Shown: positions 17,096-28,080, counted from the first letter of the stretch. The stretch is DNA of 64,000 nt from Bacteroidota bacterium (GCA_048498055.1 JBEHYS010000014.1:10624-74623); one strand, 5' to 3'. Notes: a model not told the origin generated them from the sequence alone. Translations and numbers: made by a program.

Positions 17096-18604
17096 ATGGA
17101 TAATACCCATTATATAAGTACCGATGTCCTTTCTCTGGAAACGCTGAAGGAAATCATCGACCACCAGAAAAAAATCGGGCTTTCGGAAGAAGCCAAGATC
17201 AACATCCAGAAATGTCGCGAATACCTCGACCTGAAAATGGCTTCGCAGGACGATGCGATTTACGGGATCAATACCGGTTTCGGATCTTTATACAACATCA
17301 AAATATCTTCAGAAAATCTTTCAAAACTTCAGGAAAACCTTGTGATGTCGCACGCGTGCGGTACCGGCGACGAAGTTCCTTCCGAAATCGTAAAAATCAT
17401 GCTCCTGCTCAAAATCCAGTCGTTGAGCTATGGCAACTCGGGCGTGCAGCTGGCAACGGTCGAAAGGCTTATCGATTTTTACAACAACGATATTCTTCCG
17501 GTCGTTTATACCCAGGGTTCGCTGGGCGCTTCGGGCGATCTTGCGCCGTTGGCCCATTTGTCTTTACCGCTGCTCGGTATGGGCGAAGTCAATTTTGAGG
17601 GAAAAAAGACTGAAGCCTCTAAAATCCTGTCGAGATTCGGTTGGCAGCCAATAATATTGCAATCGAAAGAAGGTCTGGCGTTGCTCAACGGCACACAGTT
17701 CATGAGCGCTTACGGGATTTTCATTCTGATTAAAGCAGCCAAATATTCGTATCTGGCCGATCTGATCGGAACGATTTCGCTGGAAGGTTTCGATGGCAGG
17801 AAAGAACCGTTCAATGAACTCATTCATTTGATCCGTCCGCACAAAGGCCAGATCGTGACCTCGAGGCGCGTGCTCGACTTCCTAGACGATAGCCAGATAA
17901 TTTCGCAGCCGAAAAAACACGTCCAGGATCCGTATTCGTTCCGTTGCATCCCGCAGGTTCACGGCGCGTCGAAGGATGCGATCGATTATGTAAAGAAAGT
18001 ATTCAAGACCGAAGTCAATTCGGTGACCGATAATCCGAATATTTTTATCGATGCCGACCAAATCATTTCAGGCGGCAATTTTCACGGACAACCGCTGGCG
18101 CTGGCGCTGGATTTCATCGCAATAGCCCTGGCTGAACTGGGGAGTATTTCCGAAAGGCGTACTTATCAGCTGATTTCGGGATTGCGCGGATTACCTGCGT
18201 TTTTAGTCGAGAATCCGGGCCTGAATTCCGGATTCATGATTCCGCAGTATACGGCTGCTAGCATTGCCAGCCAGAACAAGCAACTCGCAACGCCAGCCAG
18301 CGCCGACAGCATCGTTTCGAGCAACGGGCAGGAAGACCACGTGAGCATGGGCGCAAATGCCGCGACCAAAGCGCTACAGGTCGTGAACAATCTGGAGCGC
18401 ATCCTGGCCATTGAGATGATGAACGCTTCACAGGCAATCGAATTCCGCAGGCCGCTAAAATCGGGCCCGTTTATCGAAGCGTTCCTCAAATCCTACCGCG
18501 AGGAAGTTCCGCCGGTGAAAGAAGACCGGATATTGCATTACGATATCGAGAAGACGATCCGTTTTCTCGGCAATCTGCAGATTGACGAAGAACTGCTCGG
18601 GTAA
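17096..18604 (+). CDS. hutH: Histidine ammonia-lyase
   Basis: YGINTGFG, the MIO-forming GASGDLAPLAH, QDPYSFRC and GGNFHG. Confidence 0.96.
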   Translation: MDNTHYISTDVLSLETLKEIIDHQKKIGLSEEAKINIQKCREYLDLKMASQDDAIYGINTGFGSLYNIKISSENLSKLQENLVMSHACGTGDEVPSEIVKIMLLLKIQSLSYGNSGVQLATVERLIDFYNNDILPVVYTQGSLGASGDLAPLAHLSLPLLGMGEVNFEGKKTEASKILSRFGWQPIILQSKEGLALLNGTQFMSAYGIFILIKAAKYSYLADLIGTISLEGFDGRKEPFNELIHLIRPHKGQIVTSRRVLDFLDDSQIISQPKKHVQDPYSFRCIPQVHGASKDAIDYVKKVFKTEVNSVTDNPNIFIDADQIISGGNFHGQPLALALDFIAIALAELGSISERRTYQLISGLRGLPAFLVENPGLNSGFMIPQYTAASIASQNKQLATPASADSIVSSNGQEDHVSMGANAATKALQVVNNLERILAIEMMNASQAIEFRRPLKSGPFIEAFLKSYREEVPPVKEDRILHYDIEKTIRFLGNLQIDEELLG

Positions 18605-18714
18605 ATCCAGATAAACTGGACAGGATCACAAACCAGTCAGGGTAAACATCAAAAAAATAAATCGGCGTGCCTATCTTTTAACGTGATAAAGTTGACTTCG
18701 TACGAATAGTTTTG

Positions 18715-18722
18715 TAAATTTG
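18715..18722 (+). promoter_or_regulatory. -7 box TAAATTTG upstream of small protein A (related TAAATTTA at 19047-19054 upstream of protein B)
   Basis: Consensus match 32 nt before the ATG at 18755; both small genes have GTAAATTT upstream. Confidence 0.55.
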
Positions 18723-18754
18723 ATAGCTGAACATCAATCATTTAGCAAATATTT

Positions 18755-18988
18755 ATGGAAACACACTTTAACGGGCTGCCGGACCAGGAAGGTTTGGGCA
18801 ACCTGCCGGATGCCAATCACATCCTGGCGCAGGAAAACAATCCGCTTGAATCGGTGCCGCAGCAGGAAGACGTAGCGCCCAGGGAAAGACACCGTCATCA
18901 CGAAGATCATCACGTGAACCGTAAATACCGGATGTTTTCCAATCATTCCTCAGCCGGCGACCAGCCACATACCAGTACAAGTTTTTAG
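18755..18988 (+). CDS. Small hydrophilic protein A (77 aa), paralog of 19072-19332
   Basis: ATG start, own promoter box, and a C-terminal motif NRKYRMFSNHSSAGDQPHTST shared with the next ORF. Confidence 0.7.
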   Translation: METHFNGLPDQEGLGNLPDANHILAQENNPLESVPQQEDVAPRERHRHHEDHHVNRKYRMFSNHSSAGDQPHTSTSF

Positions 18989-19071
18989 GAATTTAACAGT
19001 ATGCCAATCTTTCGCCAAAACGATTTTATTCTGTTGTCATTTTCCGTAAATTTAGGAGAACTTAAAAACAG

Positions 19072-19332
19072 ATGATCATGGAAAAAGATAAAAATGACCT
19101 GCGGAATCGGGAAGATTCGCAGCGTTGGCCCGACAGTGATGCGGCCGAACGGCATGCCGCCTCAGAAGCGGAAGAAGCACACGGAATCAATAAGGATGTT
19201 TCCGGAAATGACCTGACCGAGGAAAACCGCGACGAGACGCGTCATCATCAGGCATTCGGGAATCGGCACTACGAAGGTTTTAAAAACCATTCTTCCGCCG
19301 ACGACCAGCCGACGACCGATACCGGCGCGTAA
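19072..19332 (+). CDS. Small hydrophilic protein B (84-86 aa), paralog of 18755-18988
   Basis: A-rich initiation region; C-terminal NRHYEGFKNHSSADDQPTTDT. Confidence 0.7.
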   Translation: MIMEKDKNDLRNREDSQRWPDSDAAERHAASEAEEAHGINKDVSGNDLTEENRDETRHHQAFGNRHYEGFKNHSSADDQPTTDTGA

Positions 19333-19390
19333 CAAAAACGTTTCGAACAATAATCCAAATTCAGTCGACAAGGCAGGATTTGGATTTTTT

Positions 19391-19992
19391 TTATTGGATA
19401 ATGGTGCGGAAAGTCAGGTTGATTCTTGGTGTTTTGACTTTGGTGGATTTTGGGATAGCGTGCAGCCAATGCGCTTGTGTCGCGCCTTTCATGACCAAAA
19501 GACTGCCGTGTTCCAATAAAACGGAAACCGTTTCCTTCGTGATTTTATGCTTGAATGAAAATTTCCGCGGGGCGCCAAAACTCAATGAGGCGATGATGGG
19601 ATTTTCTCCCAATTCAGGTTCGTCGTCGCTGTGCCAGGACATTCCTTCGTTGCCGTTGTGGTAGAAATTGAGAAGGCACGAATTGAACGAATGTCCGGTA
19701 AGTTTTTCAACACTATTCTTGATTTCGAGCAATTCCGGTGTCCAGGGCAGTGCGGTTTTGGTCGTGTTCGAATAGCTGTACTCGAAAGCCGCGTCGCCGT
19801 ACCAGGCAGTTTTCCGTTTCGTGATGTAGCGTTTGCCGTACACGACTATTTCATCGGATTTCCAAAGAACCCGGTTCGCCAATTTTTCAAAGTAATCGTC
19901 TGCTTCCGCGTGGCTGAAAACCGGCCCGAAATAATTGGCGATGCCGTCTTGCAGTAATATATTTCTAAAGAATTGGCTGGAAAAAGGCTCAT
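19391..19992 (-). pseudogene. alkB: AlkB-like 2OG-Fe(II) dioxygenase with a 1-nt frameshift in a homopolymer right after the start
   Basis: HSD, H and RINLTFR motifs. ATG 19992, 3 nt after the upstream stop, is out of frame. One extra T in the T5 run (A5 at 19981-19985 on the + strand) gives MSLFSSQFFRNILLQDG and a 200-aa protein. Confidence 0.75.
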
Positions 19993-19995
19993 GAC

Positions 19996-21189
19996 TTATT
20001 CGGATTTTTTCGGCATCAAAAGGAAAATATTGCCCCGAACCTTGACAAGGTCATATCTGGTTTCGGAATATTTATATCCGGAATCCTCATCGTGGCTGTG
20101 ATAGGTTTCCCCGCTGTAAAAATCTCCTTTTTCGTCGCGTTGCAACCCGAAAAACTTCCACGGTTCCAGCGTATCAGGAGCTTTCGAATAGCTTTCAATT
20201 TGGTTGACTCTATAGGCATGCAGGTTTTTCAGGTCGATCGAGTAGAGGTAGCCTTGCGAATGTCCGTAAGTGTGATCGGAGTTTATATAAACGAAATCGC
20301 CGCCGTTTTTGCTGAAGGCAACCGCGTCCGAAACATACATGTCTGCAATTTGGATAGTCGCCAAATCGGTTCTCTTTCCGTTTTTTTTCGCGAAAATCCG
20401 GACATCTTCCGACATCGTGCTGCTGCAATTCAGGCAGTCATAAAATAGTTCGACGCCTTTCAAAATCCCTATCGGATTGTTGAGACTGTTGACCTGTTGA
20501 GCGCCATCGTCGGGATCGGGAGTCTTTTTTATCATTTTATCCGGTTTTGCGCCAACAGCAAATCCGGCGCTGGTTTTATTGATCAGCATCGGGGTTTCGA
20601 CGATGTAATTGATCGCGCCATTCAGCGAATCTTTGCTGACGGTGTAAATGAGCTTGATAACCGGCTGGGCTTTTGTCCGATTGACGGTAAACCGCAGCGG
20701 CAATTCCTTTAAACCGGTCGTGTCGACGCGTTTTTTTATATAGTTCCTGAAAATATCCATATCGAGTTCCGCGACATTTTTTTCGATGGATTTTGTCGCA
20801 GGATTGATATGAAGCAAGTGTTGGCTGTTGAAATACTCGGGTCGTTCGGAAAAGTTACCGCCCCAATACAGGAAATAATCATTTCCGTACCGGAAAGGAA
20901 CCATCATCCTGATTTGATAGGCATCATTGAAATAAGTGAGTAGCGTATCGCCGGTCTTGGCTGTCACGACAAGCAGTCCGTGATCGATCGTCTTTCTTTC
21001 TTTCTGCCGCCATATTCTGGCGTTACAGTCAAAAGCATATAACGTATCGGCTTGATCGAGCCCATAAGCAGACCTGATGGCGCTGACATTGAAAAGTTCG
21101 CGCTCGTCGGTTTGTTTCGAAGGTACCTGTTTGCATGAAACGTAAATTAAAGCCAATGCAAATAAGGCAAGGAAAGATTTTCTGGACAT
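19996..21189 (-). CDS. Hypothetical lipoprotein (397 aa)
   Basis: Signal peptide with lipobox YVSC; no family recognised. Confidence 0.75.
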   Translation of the reverse strand: MSRKSFLALFALALIYVSCKQVPSKQTDERELFNVSAIRSAYGLDQADTLYAFDCNARIWRQKERKTIDHGLLVVTAKTGDTLLTYFNDAYQIRMMVPFRYGNDYFLYWGGNFSERPEYFNSQHLLHINPATKSIEKNVAELDMDIFRNYIKKRVDTTGLKELPLRFTVNRTKAQPVIKLIYTVSKDSLNGAINYIVETPMLINKTSAGFAVGAKPDKMIKKTPDPDDGAQQVNSLNNPIGILKGVELFYDCLNCSSTMSEDVRIFAKKNGKRTDLATIQIADMYVSDAVAFSKNGGDFVYINSDHTYGHSQGYLYSIDLKNLHAYRVNQIESYSKAPDTLEPWKFFGLQRDEKGDFYSGETYHSHDEDSGYKYSETRYDLVKVRGNIFLLMPKKSE

Positions 21190-21271
21190 TGCATATTTGT
21201 GTTTCCCAAATGTCAGTAAATATTCGGCTCGAAATTTACTTGCCGAAAAAGAATTCTAAAAAAAAGCCTAC

Positions 21272-23818
21272 TTAAGTAGTAGGCTCTTCTGATTTCTGTA
21301 CGGTAACCGTCAGTTCCTGCGACGTATCGTCGGGAAGGTCCATGTAGATTTCGTCCCCGACATTGATTTTCGAGATGATGATTTCCTCCGCCAACGCGTC
21401 TTCGACATATTTCTGGATCGCCCGTTTGAGCGGTCTTGCCCCGAATTGCTTGTCAAAGCCTTTGTCGGCGATGAATGCTTTGGCTTTGTCTGACAGGGAA
21501 AGCTTGTAACCCAGTTCGGCAACGCGGGCATAAAGTTTTTTCAATTCGATATCGATAATCAGGTCGATGTGTTCTTTCTCGAGCGGATTGAAGACGATAA
21601 CGTCGTCAATTCGGTTCAGGAATTCCGGCGCAAATGCTTTCTTGAGCGCATTTTCGATGATGCTTTTCGCATTCTCATCGGCATTGGCAGTCCTTGCGGA
21701 TGTCCCGAAACCGACGCCTTGTCCGAAATCTTTCAACTGACGCGCACCGACGTTTGACGTCATGATGATGATCGTATTCTTGAAATCGATTTTACGGCCG
21801 AGGCTATCGGTCAGGAAGCCGTCGTCGAGAACCTGAAGCATCATGTTGAAGACGTCCGGATGCGCTTTCTCGATTTCATCGAGCAGTACGACGGCGTAAG
21901 GTTTCCTCCGGACTTTTTCGGTGAGCTGTCCGCCTTCTTCATAGCCGACGTATCCCGGAGGCGCGCCGACCAATCTCGAAATCGCGAATTTCTCCATGTA
22001 TTCGCTCATGTCGATACGGATCAAGGCATCTTCAGAATCGAATAATTCCTTTGCAAGCACTTTGGCCAATTGCGTTTTCCCTACACCGGTCTGTCCGAGG
22101 AAAATGAACGAGCCGATCGGGCGGTTCGGATCTTTCAATCCGGCGCGGTTCCGTTGGATCGAACGTGCGATTTTCATTACCGCTTCGTTTTGTCCGATGA
22201 CTTTATTTTCAATAAGTTCCGGAAGTTTAGCTAATTTATTGCTTTCGGTTTGCGCAACTCGGTTCACCGGTATTCCGGACATCATCGAAACAACGTCTGC
22301 AACATTGTCTTCGGTCACTAAAATCCGGTTGCTTTTGGAATCTTCTTCCCATTGTTCCTGGGCCAGCGCCAAGTCTTTTTCGATACGTTTTTCATCGTCG
22401 CGCAATTTGGCCGCTTCTTCGTATTTCTGTTTTTTGACCACCGTATTTTTTAGCTCGCGAACTTCTTCGAGCTGGCGTTCCAGATCGAGGATTTGTTTCG
22501 GAACGTCAATATTGGTGATGTGCACGCGGGAGCCGGCTTCATCCAAAGCATCGATTGCCTTGTCCGGAAGGAAACGGTCGCTCATGTAACGATTGGTGAG
22601 TTTTACGCAGGCTTCGATCGCTTCCGGCGAATAGGTCACGTTATGATGGTCTTCGTATTTGTTTTTGATGTTGTTCAGGATCGTGATGGTTTCCTCGACC
22701 GAGGTCGGCTCAACGATCACTTTCTGGAAACGCCTTTCGAGCGCGCCGTCCTTTTCGATGTATTGGCGGTATTCGTCGAGCGTGGTCGCACCGATACATT
22801 GGATTTCGCCACGCGCCAACGCCGGCTTGAACATATTGGAAGCGTCAAGCGAACCGGTTGCGCCGCCCGCGCCTACAATCGTATGGATTTCGTCAATGAA
22901 CAAAATGATGTCGTCGTTTTTCTCAAGCTCGTTCATTACGGCTTTCATCCGCTCTTCGAATTGCCCGCGGTATTTGGTTCCGGCGACCAAGCTGGCAAGG
23001 TCCAAAGTGACGACGCGTTTGTTGAACAGGATGCGGGATACTTTCTTCTGGATGATTCGCAACGCCAAACCTTCGGCGATGGCTGATTTTCCGACGCCTG
23101 GTTCGCCAATCAAAAGCGGATTGTTTTTCTTGCGTCGGCTCAAAATCTGGGAAACCCTTTCGATTTCCTTTTCACGGCCGACTACCGGATCGAGTTTGCC
23201 TTCTTCGGCCATTTCGGTCAGGTCGCGACCGAAATTGTCGAGTACCGGAGTTTTCGATTTTTTGTTTGACTTATTGGCGGGATTGTTGAAGCTGCTTTCC
23301 TTAAGACTGTCATCTTGTCCTGAATCTTCGTTGAATGATTCGTTTTTCGGCAGGTTTTCCATGAATTCTTCTTCGTTCGGGCTCATATTTAAATATTGTT
23401 CTTTGGCTGTGTCGTAATCGATTTTGAGTTTATTCAACAGCTTGGTTGTGGGATCGTTTTCGTTTCGCAGGATGCACAGCAGCAAATGGGCCGTGCTGAT
23501 GGAATTGCTCTGGAAAACCTTTGCTTCCAGAAAAGTGGTTTTCAGCGCCCGCTCGGCCTGACGCGTCAGGTGCAGGTTTTTCTTTTCGTTGCTGATATCG
23601 ATGTTGGGATTGGCCGGGCTTAAGATCTCGACTTTCCTGCGCAAATGGTCAAGATCGACCGACAGGTTGTTGAGTATGTTGATGGCCTTGCCGTTCCCGT
23701 CTCTTAATATACCTAACATGAGATGCTCAGTACCGATGAAGTCGTGGCCAAGGCGCAGGGCTTCCTCTTTACTGTAGGTAATCACATCTTTGACTCTGGG
23801 GGAAAAATTATCGTCCAT
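21272..23818 (-). CDS. clpC: ATP-dependent Clp protease ATP-binding subunit ClpC
   Basis: Clp-N repeats, two Walker A motifs (GEPGVGKS, GQTGVGKT), a UVR-like segment and FGARPL; start at ATG 23818 (MDDNFS). Confidence 0.96.
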   Translation of the reverse strand: MDDNFSPRVKDVITYSKEEALRLGHDFIGTEHLMLGILRDGNGKAINILNNLSVDLDHLRRKVEILSPANPNIDISNEKKNLHLTRQAERALKTTFLEAKVFQSNSISTAHLLLCILRNENDPTTKLLNKLKIDYDTAKEQYLNMSPNEEEFMENLPKNESFNEDSGQDDSLKESSFNNPANKSNKKSKTPVLDNFGRDLTEMAEEGKLDPVVGREKEIERVSQILSRRKKNNPLLIGEPGVGKSAIAEGLALRIIQKKVSRILFNKRVVTLDLASLVAGTKYRGQFEERMKAVMNELEKNDDIILFIDEIHTIVGAGGATGSLDASNMFKPALARGEIQCIGATTLDEYRQYIEKDGALERRFQKVIVEPTSVEETITILNNIKNKYEDHHNVTYSPEAIEACVKLTNRYMSDRFLPDKAIDALDEAGSRVHITNIDVPKQILDLERQLEEVRELKNTVVKKQKYEEAAKLRDDEKRIEKDLALAQEQWEEDSKSNRILVTEDNVADVVSMMSGIPVNRVAQTESNKLAKLPELIENKVIGQNEAVMKIARSIQRNRAGLKDPNRPIGSFIFLGQTGVGKTQLAKVLAKELFDSEDALIRIDMSEYMEKFAISRLVGAPPGYVGYEEGGQLTEKVRRKPYAVVLLDEIEKAHPDVFNMMLQVLDDGFLTDSLGRKIDFKNTIIIMTSNVGARQLKDFGQGVGFGTSARTANADENAKSIIENALKKAFAPEFLNRIDDVIVFNPLEKEHIDLIIDIELKKLYARVAELGYKLSLSDKAKAFIADKGFDKQFGARPLKRAIQKYVEDALAEEIIISKINVGDEIYMDLPDDTSQELTVTVQKSEEPTT

Positions 23819-24086
23819 AACTTGAGTAGGATTGTATTGTAAATTTAGTAATTTTTTTCGCGGGTTTGGCAAAAACCATACCCTAAGAACTACTGTCAGC
23901 TAAGTGACAAAAAAATACCATCGATTCACATCGGCCCGGAATTAATTTATCAACCGAAATTTGCCGCTATTTTGTTAATAAATACTGGCAAATTTCCATA
24001 TCCTTATATACGAAAAACAACGCGGAAAGGTTATATTAGCAGGATTTTTTTAACCAGTATAATTTTTTAAAAACTGACTATTACTT

Positions 24087-26663
24087 ATGGCTGACGGAGA
24101 CAAGTTAATTCCGATTAATATTGAGGATGAAATGAAATCAGCTTACATCGATTATTCGATGTCGGTTATTGTATCAAGGGCGCTGCCGGATGTGCGCGAC
24201 GGGCTCAAACCCGTTCACCGCCGGGTGCTTTTCGGAATGTATGAATTGGGCGTCCTTTCCAACAGGGCGCATAAAAAGTCGGCGAGGATTGTCGGTGAGG
24301 TTTTGGGAAAATACCACCCGCACGGCGATTCGTCCGTATACGACGCCATGGTGCGTATGGCCCAGGACTGGAGTTTGCGTTATCTTTTGGTCGACGGTCA
24401 GGGTAACTTCGGGTCGGTTGACGGCGACAGCCCTGCAGCGATGCGTTATACCGAGGCCCGGATGCGCAAAATCTCCGAAGAAATCATGGCCGACATCGAC
24501 AAGGAAACGGTCGATTTCCAGCTGAACTTCGACGACACGCTCGAAGAGCCGAAAGTCATGCCTACCAAAGTGCCGAATCTTTTGATCAACGGCGCTTCCG
24601 GAATTGCCGTCGGTATGGCGACCAATATGCCGCCGCACAACCTCACCGAAGTTGTTGAGGGAACGCTCGCTTACATCGACAACAACGATATCGAAATCGA
24701 CGAACTGATGAACCACATCAAGGCGCCGGATTTCCCGACGGGCGGTGTGATTTACGGTTATGAAGGCGTCCGGGAAGCGTTCAAGACCGGGCGCGGCCGC
24801 ATCGTGATGCGCGCGAAAGTCAATTTTGAGGAAGTGGAAGGCCGCGAAGCCATTGTCGTGACCGAAATCCCATATCAGGTCAACAAGGCTGAAATGATCA
24901 AAAAGACCGCTGACCTGGTCAACGAAAAGAAAATCGACGGCATTGCCAACATCCGCGACGAATCGGACCGTTCGGGCATGCGCATCGTCTATATCCTGAA
25001 AAGGGAAGCGGTACCGAATGTCGTGCTCAACACCTTATATAAATTCACGCAGCTTCAGTCTTCTTTCAGTGTCAACAACATCGCGCTCGTAAACGGCCGT
25101 CCGCAATTGCTGAACCTCAAAGACATGATTCATCATTTCGTCGAGCACAGGCACGACGTCGTGGTCCGCCGGACGCAGTTCGAACTGCGCAAAGCCGAAG
25201 AACGGGCGCACATCCTCGAAGGTCTGATCATCGCTTCGGACAACATCGACGAAGTCATCAAGATTATCCGCGGCTCGAAAGACGGCGACGAGGCACGGGC
25301 CAAATTGAGTGAAAGATTTTCGTTGTCGGACATCCAGTCTCGTGCGATTGTCGAAATGCGCCTGCGTCAACTGACAGGTCTCGAGCAGGATAAGCTTCGC
25401 GCCGAATACGAAGAAATCATGAAACTCATCCAGCGCTTGAAGGATTTGCTCGCGAGCAAAGACCTGAGAATGGAGCTCATCAAAGAAGAATTGACCGAAA
25501 TCCGTGAAAAATACGGCGATGCCCGACGTTCGACCATCGAATACTCTGGCGGTGACGTAAGCATTGAAGACCTGATTGCCGACGAAAGCGTCGTAATCAC
25601 GATTTCGCATGCCGGTTATATCAAGCGTACGCCGCTGACCGAATACAAAACCCAGAACCGCGGCGGAGTGGGCCAGAAAGGCGTGGCCACACGCGACCAG
25701 GATTTCCTCGAACACTTGTTCGTGGCGACCAATCACCAATACATGATGTTTTTCACCGGAAAAGGAAAATGTTTCTGGATGCGGGTTTACGAAGTGCCGG
25801 AAGGAAGCAAGACCAGCAAAGGCCGCGCGATCCAGAACCTGATCAACATCGAGAGCGACGACAAGGTAAAAGCTTTCATCTGTACGCAGGATCTGAAAGA
25901 CCAGCAATACATCAACAGCCATTACGTTATTATGGCGACCAAACAAGGCCAAGTCAAAAAAACGCTGCTCGAACAGTATTCGCGTCCGAGACAGAATGGT
26001 ATCGCCGCTATTACGATCCGTGAAGACGACGAGTTGCTCGAAGCCAAGCTGACGACCGGCGAAAGCCAGGTCCTGATTGCCGTGAAATCCGGGAAACTCG
26101 TCCGTTTCGAGGAAGGAAAAACCCGTCCGATGGGCCGGAGCGCTTCGGGTGTCCGCGGAATCACGCTTGCCGACGAAAAGGACGAAGTGATCGGCATGGT
26201 TTCGGTAAACGACATGAACAGCGAAATTTTGGTGGTTTCCGAAAAAGGTTATGGAAAACGCTCGTCGCTTGACGATTACCGGATCACCAACCGCGGCGGA
26301 AAAGGAGTGAAGACACTTAACATCACCGAAAAGACCGGGAAACTGATTTCCATTAACAGCGTGACTGATGCCGACGATTTAATGATCATCAACAAATCCG
26401 GGCTCACGATCCGCATGGAAGTTTCCGATTTGCGCGTTATGGGCAGGGCAACGCAGGGCGTCCGATTGATCAACATCAAGGAAAACGACTCGATTGCCGC
26501 CGTTACCAAAGTCATTCGCGAGGAAGAAGTCATCGAGGTCATCGACGGCGAGGAAGTACTGCATGTCAATGCGATCTCAAACCCTGAAATCACAGACGAC
26601 CGGATTGAAATGGAAGAAAACGGGCCGGAAGAGGAAGATGAAAACCCCGAAAACGAAGCATAA
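24087..26663 (+). CDS. gyrA: DNA gyrase subunit A
   Basis: YHPHGDS, the catalytic AAMRYTE and the GyrA box QNRGGVG. Confidence 0.98.
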   Translation: MADGDKLIPINIEDEMKSAYIDYSMSVIVSRALPDVRDGLKPVHRRVLFGMYELGVLSNRAHKKSARIVGEVLGKYHPHGDSSVYDAMVRMAQDWSLRYLLVDGQGNFGSVDGDSPAAMRYTEARMRKISEEIMADIDKETVDFQLNFDDTLEEPKVMPTKVPNLLINGASGIAVGMATNMPPHNLTEVVEGTLAYIDNNDIEIDELMNHIKAPDFPTGGVIYGYEGVREAFKTGRGRIVMRAKVNFEEVEGREAIVVTEIPYQVNKAEMIKKTADLVNEKKIDGIANIRDESDRSGMRIVYILKREAVPNVVLNTLYKFTQLQSSFSVNNIALVNGRPQLLNLKDMIHHFVEHRHDVVVRRTQFELRKAEERAHILEGLIIASDNIDEVIKIIRGSKDGDEARAKLSERFSLSDIQSRAIVEMRLRQLTGLEQDKLRAEYEEIMKLIQRLKDLLASKDLRMELIKEELTEIREKYGDARRSTIEYSGGDVSIEDLIADESVVITISHAGYIKRTPLTEYKTQNRGGVGQKGVATRDQDFLEHLFVATNHQYMMFFTGKGKCFWMRVYEVPEGSKTSKGRAIQNLINIESDDKVKAFICTQDLKDQQYINSHYVIMATKQGQVKKTLLEQYSRPRQNGIAAITIREDDELLEAKLTTGESQVLIAVKSGKLVRFEEGKTRPMGRSASGVRGITLADEKDEVIGMVSVNDMNSEILVVSEKGYGKRSSLDDYRITNRGGKGVKTLNITEKTGKLISINSVTDADDLMIINKSGLTIRMEVSDLRVMGRATQGVRLINIKENDSIAAVTKVIREEEVIEVIDGEEVLHVNAISNPEITDDRIEMEENGPEEEDENPENEA

Positions 26664-26680
26664 ATTTAAATAACCCGAAT

Positions 26681-28033
26681 ATGAAAAACAGATTGATCAT
26701 AGTTGCAGCGGCATTGCTGATTTCGTCAGGCGCTTTTGCACAAAAGGATGAACTGAAAACCCTGAAACGGATTTACGACAAGGACGAACATTCAGACAAA
26801 GATGTGACCGAATACAAAGCCGCGGTCGCCAAAGCGGAAACTTATCTCGCGACTGCCACGGATCAGGACAAGGTTTACATTAATTATTATAAGGCCGAAA
26901 TTCCGGTTTTGGAATTGAATGTCCTGATGTCGAAGCCGGAAAATCAATCCAACCCGATGCTGGCCATGAAACTTTTTAATCCGCAGAACATCCACGAACT
27001 GGCAACGGCCTATTCGGATGTCAAGGCCTATGAGGAAAAGTCTGGCAAAAAGGTGTTTTCGGATGATATTGATGAAAGCGTGGCATTTTTCGGTCCGACG
27101 CTGCTTAACCTGGGTGTCGAAATGGGCAAACAGAAACAATATGCCGTTGCGACACAGATGTTCCACGATCTGTACCTGATGAACAAGAAAAACGCTGACT
27201 ATCTCTATTATGCGGCGAGCTATGCCGTCAACGGCGAGGATTACGATACGGCGCTGAAATATTACGATGAGCTCAAAGCCCTTAACTATTCCGGGGAAAG
27301 CACGGTTTACATGGCTACAAGCGTTTCCACAGGCAAAGTCGATACGTTCAACAATAAAGCCGACCGTGATAAAATGGTCGGCTTGAAAATGTATACGAAC
27401 CCGAAACAAGAAACTTTGCCTTCAAAACGCGGCGAGATTTATAAGAACATCGCATTGATTCTGGTACAGAAAGGTAAAACCGAAGAAGCCAAAGCCGCTT
27501 TCGCGGACGCTATCAAGGAAAATCCGAACGACACTTCGCTGTTGTCAAACGAAGCGACATTATACCTGCAACTCAAGGATTATGATACGTATAAAGCAAA
27601 GATTGCGGCCATTTTGGCCAAAAACCCGAATGATGCGACAATGATTTATAATCTTGGCGTCGTAGCGCTCGAGAGCAATCAGCTTACCGAAGCCGAAACG
27701 TATTTCAAAAGAGCGATTGAAATCAAGCCCGATTACTCCAACGCTTATATGAACCTGGCCGCGATCAAGCTCAAAGGCGATGAAAAAATTGTCGACGAGA
27801 TGAACAAGCTCGGCAATACCGAAAAGGACAACAAGCGTTATGCAGTTCTTAAAGCCCAGCGCGATACGTCTTTCAATGCCGCGTTGCCATACCTTGAAAA
27901 AGCGTTGCAGCTCGATCCGAAAAACGAGGCCGTCATAGACAACCTGCTCACGGTTTACAACTTCCTCGAGCAAACCGATAAATACAAGGCGCTCAAAGCG
28001 AAAAAGAAAGCGCTTGAAGAAAGCGGAAACTAA
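26681..28033 (+). CDS. Exported tetratricopeptide-repeat protein
   Basis: Signal peptide AFA-Q; repeated TPR patterns such as YNLGVV and AIEIKPDYSNAYMNLA. Confidence 0.88.
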   Translation: MKNRLIIVAAALLISSGAFAQKDELKTLKRIYDKDEHSDKDVTEYKAAVAKAETYLATATDQDKVYINYYKAEIPVLELNVLMSKPENQSNPMLAMKLFNPQNIHELATAYSDVKAYEEKSGKKVFSDDIDESVAFFGPTLLNLGVEMGKQKQYAVATQMFHDLYLMNKKNADYLYYAASYAVNGEDYDTALKYYDELKALNYSGESTVYMATSVSTGKVDTFNNKADRDKMVGLKMYTNPKQETLPSKRGEIYKNIALILVQKGKTEEAKAAFADAIKENPNDTSLLSNEATLYLQLKDYDTYKAKIAAILAKNPNDATMIYNLGVVALESNQLTEAETYFKRAIEIKPDYSNAYMNLAAIKLKGDEKIVDEMNKLGNTEKDNKRYAVLKAQRDTSFNAALPYLEKALQLDPKNEAVIDNLLTVYNFLEQTDKYKALKAKKKALEESGN

Positions 28034-28048
28034 TTTTATCTGAATAAT

Positions 28049-28080
28049 AAAAAACCGGAGCGAGCGTTCCGGTTTTTTTA
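28049..28080. terminator. Bidirectional intrinsic terminator
   Basis: AAAAAACCGGA-loop-TCCGGTTTTTT between convergent genes. Confidence 0.85.

Noticed and set aside
19391-19992. AlkB-like oxygenase as the modifying enzyme for the two small peptides
   Set aside because: It is convergently transcribed and has the typical nucleic-acid repair AlkB motifs; only adjacency links them.
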